Assembly (NCBI GenBank): GCA_000182565.2
Contig: KQ257455.1
Length of the DNA: 20,000 nt
Direction: 5' to 3' (one strand)
Origin: Spizellomyces punctatus DAOM BR117
Taxonomy: Eukaryota
Below, in pieces: positions 1 to 9,227 of the stretch. Made by a program: the position numbers and the translations under genes. A model generated the notes under the pieces. The model was not told where the DNA came from. It worked only from the letters and a program-made list of their open reading frames with translations, and ran no database searches. Each line of letters opens with the position of its first letter. Position 1 is the first letter of the stretch.

Positions 1-2
1 AG

Positions 3-1151
3 GATGTGGATGCCGAGATGCAATTGGATGAAATTCTAAGTGAGGAGGACGGGAATGATATTTTTGAGGACGATACCATGAAGGGCATGGAACAGGGTAT
101 CAATTCTGCTGTTGACGACATCGCGCAAGGGGAAAGATTGCCTGCGACACTAAATGTGAATCATGTTTCTGGTGTCATTTTACATGACCAATCTTTTGGA
201 ATTCAAAGTATTCATAGCCACTCGAAAGGCAGCCTAATGGATCAAGGAGTGGAGAGCGACTTGAATGTGGCAAGTGATAAGTTGGTGGCAGATGATGCAC
301 ATGTGCCCGATAATGTGGCATTAGTACCTTCGGTTGTGGACGACGCTGCCGGTCGTCTCGTTCCCGATAATAAAGCACAAAGCAGTCCCAATGTCAGGGA
401 GAAGATCAAGGAAGAGAACGTGGACGCGTGCAAGGGAACAGAAATCGTTGAACGAAATAATACGAACGGTGAAAGCACTTTTGTGCTTGACGTGCAAACA
501 GATGCAACGGACCACGTCCAACATTATGACTTGGCGACACGTTTTGCCCATCATACCTCCTCCTCATTCACCTCCCTTCTTGCTCCTTTTTACCAAAACG
601 CCCCCCCAACATTCATTCGCCCGCGTCTTCGAAATGCAGTTGACATGGTGTTGAAAGCGATTGTTTTCTCTCGAAATCTGGACGCACAGATCGAATACAG
701 GAGTGGGAGATTGAGCGCCCCAAGTGAGGATGAAGAAGGATCAGACAAATCGAATGCATCCAACGCGCAGCGTCTTCATCCTCTTCACCCACTCCTGAAA
801 GGAGTATTCTCGCTTGACCCAATCCTTCTTTTGCAATATTGCTCTACCCTCGATATGACAGACCTTGCGCGGGCTGTTTCACTCCATAAAACTGCTCAGT
901 GGCATGAAGGCTTAACTGTGATTCACAGGCACCTATTGCCTCTATCCCGCATATTATTTGAACTTGAAGCCCAATTACATGAACATCTCACCGAAGCACA
1001 GGCATTAGTTATTGTGAGGGATCAAGTGACAGTGGTAAAATTGACTTGCAGAGAGGAAAATGCACTTAGGGATGTGTCTGGATCTCTGGGTAATTTGATT
1101 GGGGCTGGTGATGGAAGCTTTTTGAGATGGGTTGAGGCTGAGATCAAATGA
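3..1151 (+). CDS. 3' part (terminal exon) of an unknown protein; frame open from the window edge
   Basis: Stop-free frame of about 380 codons ending in TGA 1149-1151. Acidic, low-complexity first half and a Leu-rich, probably helical C-terminal region (LLKGVFSLDPILLLQYC...). No motif recognised. Confidence 0.7.
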   Translation, partial: DVDAEMQLDEILSEEDGNDIFEDDTMKGMEQGINSAVDDIAQGERLPATLNVNHVSGVILHDQSFGIQSIHSHSKGSLMDQGVESDLNVASDKLVADDAHVPDNVALVPSVVDDAAGRLVPDNKAQSSPNVREKIKEENVDACKGTEIVERNNTNGESTFVLDVQTDATDHVQHYDLATRFAHHTSSSFTSLLAPFYQNAPPTFIRPRLRNAVDMVLKAIVFSRNLDAQIEYRSGRLSAPSEDEEGSDKSNASNAQRLHPLHPLLKGVFSLDPILLLQYCSTLDMTDLARAVSLHKTAQWHEGLTVIHRHLLPLSRILFELEAQLHEHLTEAQALVIVRDQVTVVKLTCREENALRDVSGSLGNLIGAGDGSFLRWVEAEIK

Positions 1152-2112
1152 AGTTGACTTGGGATTCATGGCGGCCGCGATCTCCAGTTTCTGTTTTGTT
1201 CTAGCATCCGTGATATTGGACAGTTTTGCTCTTTAGAGAGAAACAATATATGGATATTAGAGCCGCACGTCGTTATGATCGGGTTTTATCTCGAGAATAA
1301 CAGCGTTTATGCTTTCAACTCAAATAATCAATGCAGTCGTGTGCATTGCCTACTCATGGATGTGTTTTGAGGTCAAGGCGGGCGGTAACAGTGCCATCCC
1401 CATTGGCATTCGTCTATCACAGCGCCTGAGGTAGTTCCTGATGATTAAAAGCCAGCTTGCAGTAAAGGTACAAGAAGTGCAAACATGTCCCCACTGGACA
1501 TTCTGTGCACATCTAGCTCCCCACTGTTAGGTTTGAGGTAACCTACAGTTTTCACTATCAGTTAGCAGCCAATGAGCCCTCTGCTTATTTAGGAAAAGCC
1601 TCTTTATCCTCTCGAAATCGACGCAGAATGTGGTTGCTGTCTGAGCCAGAACCTGTCCTATTCTGGCATGGCAACTGACCCCGGATCTGAGCGAATTCAG
1701 TTAAAAATTATTTAACCTGGTGAAGACTGCCGTTGATCTCTGACTATCCAACTGCCATGATGGAGAAAAGTGCCGTTCTCCTATCCAATGTAAGTTTATA
1801 TGTTGCGATTTGATGGCAGTGGGGTACAACAGTGTATCAATTGGAGAACAACGCTAACCTGCTAAATCCTGGCAAGCAAAAGAACAATGCATCATATCCA
1901 CATTCATGTCTGGTAAGATCACCTTTTTTTCCCTGTGCGATGCATCTGTGAGTCAGGACACTGGGGCTTTGGCTAGCTAAGATTGCAAGTGGGCTCATAA
2001 AATATATGGAGCAAAGAAACAGTATAACACCAAAGTCCTGACGTGGCAGAGTCCAAATCTTTCCCCTACAGTGTACCAATTGTAGAATCCCCAGTGTGCA
2101 ATTATCACGTCA

Positions 2113-4884
2113 CTAATCCTCTTCTTCTTCTTCAGCGGTTTGCAACCACAACACAAACGGTGCCGCTTTCTTCTTCAATTCATCAGATCCGATGCCCCTG
2201 TACCATTCCAAAAATGTGTCTTCCTCCACCAAATCCGTGTCTAAGCAAACCGAAAACTGGTCAATAAAGCACGATAGAGAAATCACTTTACAAGCACCGA
2301 CGCACCATAAAGGTCTTTGCATATGAGCGGTACTTTGGATAATAATCCCCTGGTCCTCAGGACCTGCTTTTCCCAGACCTTGAGAAATGCCACTTGATCC
2401 TGACGACTGCGTATGAACTGTGAACGGATCAGTCAGCTTGAAGCTTCCTGAACCGCTGGGTATGACATGAGATCCCCTAAACATACCTGTTGAAAGAGCT
2501 TGACCCTGTTTACAATCTTTGCACTCTCGTATGTGCTATCAAGTAATAGCGCTCCCAACAATACAGCAAAGACTTGCCGCTTGCTCAGATCATGCTTGAA
2601 CTCCATGCGTGTGACTTCTTTGATTTCTTCGTTGACGCTAAGGCGGCCGGGGTTAATGAAGCGAGCAAGTTCTTGCGAAAGCTTCTCTTCGAGGAGGTTC
2701 GCTTTTTCGTCAGCTGGATGAAGTGGGGCACGTGGCGGTGGTGGAGGGTGGGGGCTATGGACAAGCAGAGACAGACTGCTCAAAATGCCGTCTAGATTAC
2801 ACTATAACAACAAGTGCATAACTCCTACATACCTGCTGTTGTTTAGATTTCCTCTTTCTTCGTCGGAGAGTTCGACAATGCGCATCCAAGGTTTGCTCTT
2901 AGAAATTGGACGCCGTGAGTAAGTGCTCGCGTAGTCATGGGCATACTCTTGCAAGGTCCTACTTTATCATCACCACTTAAGAGATCCTTCAACGAAGACT
3001 TGTCTCGGAGATGCCCGCGGGAGGTGGGAGTAGGAGGGGTGGATGATGCCGTGATCGGTGCCTTGGTATTGTTGATCACTTCGACCTTGGCCGGCGTATC
3101 CGGATGAGGTTCGGTTGAAGGCGCGGTTCTACGTTTGCATATCGGTAATCGCAGCTACAGCACAAATTCATTAGCAGATCAAACTCACCTGCTGCGCGTT
3201 GCAGTGTGTGATACATCGCCGTTTGCTTTGGTCTTAAGAGGTGCAGGTGCCTGCTGTATTGGTTCCTTTTGAATGTTGTCCTTCTCACCTTCTCGGGCAT
3301 GGTTGGGTCGTTCCCGAAGCTCACTAGAGAAGTAACGAGATCAGCCTTTCCTATGCCAGTGCCCGTCGGATCATGATGGAATACATGCCTAGGACTTTTA
3401 AAATTGAAAAATTAACACGATTCGCCTCGAGAGCCACGCATTCGACCAGAGAAGGACATACCTGTGCGCAAAGTTGCAACGTGGACCGTACTGCGACCCA
3501 AACGATGAAGTGGTGTTGAGAGCGAAATTAAGAGTCAGCCGTGCTCAATGATCAGACGTTTACCTGACAGAATCCCTAGATGGATAACTCAAGTAAGAAT
3601 TGTGAAACGACATTAAGCTGCAGCGATAGGATGTAGACAACACACCTCTTTAACAAATCGTTCGCAAAGCCGCGTTTTATACAGCGGACTTCCAGGGCCG
3701 TCTTTCTTGTCGACTTCATCGTTCACCAGAGGACGTTCTCGTAACTCTACCTGAAATACATTGAACCTGTTAGCTTCTCACAAGAATGCAAAGGAGATCC
3801 GTGCAGTACCGTGCCGTGCGCGAAAGTGCATCGGTTCCCGTAAGGACAATGGGCTTCAGTCTCATATCTCTCGCAGAGTCTCGTCTTGTACAGAGGATTG
3901 GATGCTTGTGAATTGGACGTCCGTGCTGACGGGTGGCGCGGGCTCTCATTTTCATCCCAAGCTTGCTTGTCATTATTGAGCGGGGATTCTCTCCAGTTTT
4001 TTGCTCCGTTGGGTCCTAAGAATAGTCCTCGGCCCTCCTGAGATCGATGTCGTGCAGGGCTACTGGGACGCCGCGATTCCTCATCTAAACTTCGTCGGTA
4101 GCGTTTATCTCCTTCCCGGTTGTTTCCCGTTGATCGGCGACCCAAGTTTAACTTTTGAAGGTTAAGGGGAATTGATGCATCCGCAGCCTGATGCCGGTGT
4201 TGGGTGGATTCGATGAACACAGAAGCCTGTTCAAGCACATCTTGCATACTTTTAAACAAGGACTTTTCGGACGCCTGATCGAAGAAGGTTAAATGCTGCG
4301 AGCAGCCCGCCAGAATCACTCTGCCCTACCAACCTGTTTCAACTGCATCCACGCTATATTAAGCCCAGCAAGTCCTCCCGGTACAATTCTGACATTTGTC
4401 ACCAGACGGGCAAGAAAGAAAACTGCTCGTTTGGGCTTCGTTCCTGACAGATACTAGAAACGGATATATGGCATATTTGATTAACAAGAAACAGAATTTG
4501 GGAGATCACGACGGCAACGTGCCTTGATTTCCGCTCGAAACCCGTCCTCTATCTGGATATCCTTCACGCTCAGGCCCGTTACGTCCGGCACCACGCGAAT
4601 AGCACATCTGTGTCAGACAGAGAGTGTGTCAGTTTATACACACAAGATGCATTACCAATCAGCAAAGCATACTTCAGCTCGTCTTCTTGGCCAATGAGTT
4701 TTCCTTTGGGAGGCGTCCTGACCGTCAAAGACAGCACAAATTATGTGTGTTGAATATCTCGTCGATATTCTGACTCAAACGAATCTTCATACCAATGTCG
4801 CTTATTAGAGAAAGAGTCGTTGACCAACAAAAACTCGATATTCTGGCGAATCCGATAAATAACGATTCCCGCTGCACTCTCCAT
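2113..4884 (-). CDS. Nudix(NUDT2/Ap4A-hydrolase-like, degenerate)-tandem CCCH zinc finger-W2 domain protein, ~610 aa, 15 predicted exons
   Basis: Exons (minus): 4884-4793, 4717-4673, 4607-4523, 4453-4334, 4274-3810, 3750-3646, 3575-3564, 3490-3462, 3394-3389, 3323-3189, 3128-2963, 2897-2833, 2754-2487, 2417-2306, 2240-2113. All phases are consistent and introns are 59-78 nt. N-terminus MESAAGIVIYRIRQNIEFLLVNDSFSNKRHWTPPKGKLIGQEDELKCAIRVVPDVTGL...GFRAEIKYLSGTKPKRAVFFLA aligns by eye with NUDT2. Two YKTRL-C-x8-C-x5-C-x3-H fingers. C-terminal LYDTDLVEEDTFLEWY...AAPFVLWLQTAEEEEED* matches W2 AA-boxes. Junctions in the low-complexity middle (3189-2755) are less certain. Confidence 0.85.
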
Positions 4885-5224
4885 GAATATGCAGATTTGG
4901 ACAACCCCCAATGCTGAAAACTCCTAAAGCTCGAGAAGGGTGAGTTTCGCTGAAAAGGCGTAGGATGGGGTCGTTGGAAACGAGACGGGTTGCTCAAAAA
5001 GTTCAACCACGACTGTTTGATGAGCCATTGAGTCACTCGCCACAAAATCGCGTTTGAAGCCCGACTTTTGGACACGCCGCCTTTCTTGTCATTTTGGGTC
5101 TTCATTTTGGGTCTTTTTTTAAAGGCTTTTTGGGACGATCTTACAGGGCGTGGATGAGACGAGGGAAAGGGGAGGAGGGGAAGCATATCTTTTGACTGTT
5201 GAAGAGAGAGAGAGGATCTACAAA

Positions 5225-8036
5225 ATGATGCAAAAGTACATTCCACTTGCAACGGGAGTCATGCTCCCGATTGCAACGGCACTCAACACTCAGTCGCTGA
5301 TTGTCGCCGGCTGGCTGTACGAAGAAAAGCTATCGCACGACTATCCGTTCTATGAATCCTTGGTCCGCCCACATAAACACCGTCTTGTTTACTACAAGCC
5401 CTCGGTCGTCTTCGTGCTCTCTGCGATATCCCTCGGCTTTGGCTTGCTGAGTGTCATTACTCTCTTTGTGCGCATGCTAGAGTATGCCTCCATGTTTCTG
5501 TCATCATTTGGATGCCGTTGCATTTATTGTTGACCTTACAGGAAGAAGATCAAATGGTGCACACGACTAATGATAGCCGGGGCGGCTGGACAAGGTAGCT
5601 TTGCTTCCTTCGGCCACTTGTTGCTAGCAAGGCTCAATTTACATTGTCTTGCCTAGGATTATTTGCCTCAGCCGCAGTTATTGCCTTCATCATCTGGAAA
5701 TCCCTAACATATGTGCATGGGAAATACACTGAAGGATGTTTTTACAGCGCAATATCTGCCGCTATGTCGATAACGGTGGCTCTGCTATCTGCATATCATC
5801 ATCATCTGAACCGCCGGCAACTCTATTCCTATACTCTCTATGAACTCTCCCCTTCGCAACGCCAGTTGATTCTGCTTCTGATCACGTCCATTAGTTATAC
5901 GTTCGCGATGGGTGCTGCTTATGCTGGCTTAGAAGGATGGTATGTTGTTCACACGTGAGGACCAATGCTGAAACTGAACGGATACCTAATGGGCGATACT
6001 TTTAGGGATTTTGACGATGGTGTTTATTGTATGTGCTTGGGGCGTCTTCCACACGCGGGATGCAACACACTCAATTGCAGTTCTCCACAGGGTGTGTGTC
6101 AACACTCGCAACCATCGGGTTCGGGGATTTGGTGCCACAATCCATCACGGGTAAAGTGACCCTTCCCCTTGCGGCGTCCTGTGGGATTGGTATACTTGCT
6201 GCTAGCATCTACGCGATCCGGCAGGTTGCTCTTGAGCTTCTGACACATCGACTGGCCAGCGAATACTCAAGGTCGTTCGGAATTGCCAAGGAATATGTGC
6301 CCACAGAGGACCATTCACCCGAAGAAGGACGTCCCTTGTCGTCATCGCCCATTATGCACCAGTCGTGGGACATGTTTCCGCAGAGCGAAGGATCAGTTTC
6401 GCGACGGCGATCCATCGGGGCCGCGCCCCAGACAAACCAGCGTTGCCGTCCTGCGGCTCCTCAAAGCATACCAAGATCTAGAGCATCTGAACCACACGTG
6501 GCCTTTTCTGCACCGAACACTAACATACTGCTGAATACTGGCCACAGCGTCTATGAGCCAACTCCCCACAGCAATGAAAGGCCATCAAACATCAGATACT
6601 CCGCACCTGCGGTGGCTGAATCGTTTGGGCTACCCTTAGGTCGATCGTTCACGACGTCTGTTCTCGAAGCTCGCACGATGGTTATTTCTCGGGGCGCCCA
6701 TCTGCCACAACTGACCATTGTAGCTCCTGCGGATGTGCGGCGTCGGCAGGTGGTTGAAGCTACTCGGAGGACCTTTCGCCAGCAGATTACCTTTGCCATT
6801 CTAGCTGTCATAGCCAACATGTCAGTTTTTGGAGGCGTCTTCTCCCTCTTTGAGGGTTGGCATTTTTTTGAAGGTACATTTTTTAAGTCACCAACTTTCT
6901 TGCTTGCTCTCGATTTATAGTAGTTGTCCTACAGGTCTTTATTTCACATTCTGCGCTTTAACCACAATAGGTTTGTTTTCACAGCAGTTGGAGTGATCAA
7001 CAACTATATTGCATGGATGGCTGATATGCATGTTGTGACAGGTTACGGAGATTACACCTTGTCTACGGTGCAAAGCCGTTCCATCTTCATGTGGTTTCTT
7101 TATATTGGCATTGGCAGCGTCACCTACATGTTCTCATTAATGTCGGAGCGGGCTCTCGACCAGTGGACGGTGACGGTCAATAAGATTGAAAACAGAGTGG
7201 ACCGATATGAACGCAAGGCAAAGTTAAAGAAGTTATATAAAAATAAAGGGCTTACGCTGGGCGTGCGAAGACGTGCTCGAAAAGAGGAGAGTACAGATCA
7301 AGAGAGCGAGCTACTTGGAGAGCGCGAGCCGGTTACACGTGCGCGGCAATCTGATGATGAACACCCGCTTACCAGCGAATCTGAGTTCTACCTCTCAGAT
7401 GCGCAATCCCAAGAGCATCTGCCTGCGGAGGCACCCGTTTGGGAAGGCATAGGACGCCCAAGGGCAAGTCCTCAGCCGCTTGAGGCCGAGGAGACTTCTA
7501 AGGAAGTGGAAACACCTGAAGTAGCCGGCGAACTGGAATTAGAGACGACACCGCTGCTCAGTCCCACAATCGAACCCCCAGTCGTTGGGTCGGTTCGGAT
7601 TGAGCCGCCGTCCCCATCGACCTTGTGGGGACGCTCGAGAGGGCCGCCTCTCCTTTATCGTACCGGGACGGTGGATTCAACCGCGAGTTCCTTACGGGGA
7701 GTCGTACGGTTGGAGGCTCCTGCCACCTCATTGCCGCCGTCTGACATTGGAAATTATCCTTCCTTCCGTCGGGTTGAAACCACACCAACTGGCACTGAAG
7801 GCCGACGTGGCACGGAGACTCGTTTCCTGAGTACTGGTGTGCCTATAGATCACTATTCAACCGACGAAGAAGAGTTTGAAGTTACGGGCAGATCCGTGAG
7901 GATGTTCTCCGGGCGTAAAAGTCGTCGCTCCAGCATTGTATCAAGAATAGTTCAACAACCTATTTCAGCGGATGCGGCCTTTGACCGAGAAGAATTGAAT
8001 ATCTCCTGCCCAGACGATGAGCGAGCAGCTGTATAG
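5225..8036 (+). CDS. TOK1: TOK-family tandem-pore (8 TM, 2 P-loop) outward-rectifying K+ channel, ~809 aa
   Basis: Exons 5225-5481, 5542-5594, 5657-5939, 6006-6028, 6091-6873, 6935-6970, 7042-8036. Pore 1 is WCVSTLATIGFGD and pore 2 is YFTFCALTTIGYGD (split by an intron). Five hydrophobic segments precede P1, two lie between the pores and one follows P2, matching fungal TOK topology. Confidence 0.9.
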
Positions 8037-8329
8037 AAGTCTATTCTGTTCATTCTTTTTCATTTTCTTTGCTTGTACACCTCTATTGGCTTTTAGCTAA
8101 AGTGCACAAACCATGTGGTTGCGTGTACCTTAACTTTTTCATGTAAATATTGGCATTTTCTATAATACAACATCAGATGCAGTCTCGTTGCATTCGATAT
8201 AGGCAATGAAGTTAATGGCACGGTGACTGACTATGCGAATCACCATGCCAACGGTAGATGGAAATGTCGGGATACCAACTTGCTGCACTTTTGCTTCCAC
8301 ACTCCACAACACTTTTGGATCACCGCACC

Positions 8330-8608
8330 ATGCGCCTTCTTCGTACAGCGACACATTTATCTGCCCGAGCTCTACGCCGCGCAAAGCCTACTGCTGCCTT
8401 TCGGGCCAATATCGGCGCCTTGGGGGTTGACCCTGCTCAACGACTTGCGGCAATGCTCAATAAACAAGCAGCTTTACATAGCGTGGCGGCCACGTCGAGC
8501 ATTATGGAGGCTTTGAAGACAAAGGATTCTAGCAACCCTGCCAGTGCTGGTCAAGGGACCCTTCTTGCCGCCGTAGAAGAGGGTGAGGACGAAGAATCTC
8601 ATAGGTGA
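8330..8608 (+). CDS. Possible small (~92 aa or slightly longer if spliced) protein with a mitochondrial-presequence-like N-terminus
   Basis: Good start context (cacc ATG). MRLLRTATHLSARALRRAKPTAAFRAN is Arg-rich and acid-free, and the C-terminus is acidic (EEGEDEESH). A donor AG|GTGAGA at 8605 with a CTAAT branch point and TTTTCCAG acceptor (8662) suggests the 3' end is spliced. No homolog recognised. Confidence 0.5.
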   Translation: MRLLRTATHLSARALRRAKPTAAFRANIGALGVDPAQRLAAMLNKQAALHSVAATSSIMEALKTKDSSNPASAGQGTLLAAVEEGEDEESHR

Positions 8609-9227
8609 GAATGTCCCGTAACCTGACAATAGAGAATACGGGTTTTCTAATTACTTTTCCAGTAATAGATGTCGTGGTGTATTCTCTCTCGCCACAGTAG
8701 GACATGGTGATTCATCGAGTGGTACATAGCATTTGAGGAAATTGCGTGGGTAGATATTTGGAGGTTGCGGAAGATCCCCAGGTACGATATCTAGAGAGTT
8801 GATTTAGATCGGACCGGTATTACGGTATTACGGGCTTCAATTATAAGCTAATTTACAACAACAGTAGCGCTGAACGAACTATACATATTAGTACGAAGAC
8901 GGAGAGAGTGAAGACTCACCTTTTATCGTCAGAAGCGCTGCCAATCGACCCAATCTTGCTTCAATGTCCAAGGTCTATCCTTGTCGCTCAAATTATATCA
9001 CATTGTAGAAACTATTGCAAATGCATCTGAAAAAGCAACGACTAGGTTAGGATTAGAGACTGTAACATATTGGTAGACCTAGCGTTGTTTCCTGCCCTTC
9101 AAATTCCATTGCTTGTGACGTTGACTTCCGCTCTGAGGCACAGTAACTTACCGCTTAAAGATCGCTGTCGACTTTTCGATTCTCCATCCGGCCGGGCATC
9201 TTTTCCAAACGACCTTTTCACATCGCC

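Noticed and set aside
1149-1157. TGA-AGT-TGA end of the first ORF as possible selenocysteine readthrough
   Set aside because: No redox motif and no convincing SECIS core downstream.
1591-1970. RNase MRP/P-like P4 pairing (GGAAAAGCCTC with GGGGCTTT) or telomerase RNA
   Set aside because: It lacks the bulged U and CR-V context, and no convincing telomere template (e.g. CTAACCCTAA) is present.
2113-2486. Calling the W2-containing gene eIF5 (TIF5)
   Set aside because: No eIF5 N-terminal GAP/zinc-ribbon domain. The upstream exons encode CCCH fingers and a Nudix fold instead.
4725-5252. 175-aa minus-strand ORF
   Set aside because: It spans the divergent promoter and overlaps exon 1 of the Nudix gene in a different frame. 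No motifs; a shadow ORF.
8815-8833. CGGTATTA direct repeat (x2); also TAGGTTAGGATTAG near 9043 and a GA run near 5202
   Set aside because: Too short to distinguish from chance or simple-sequence noise; not CRISPR or telomeric arrays.
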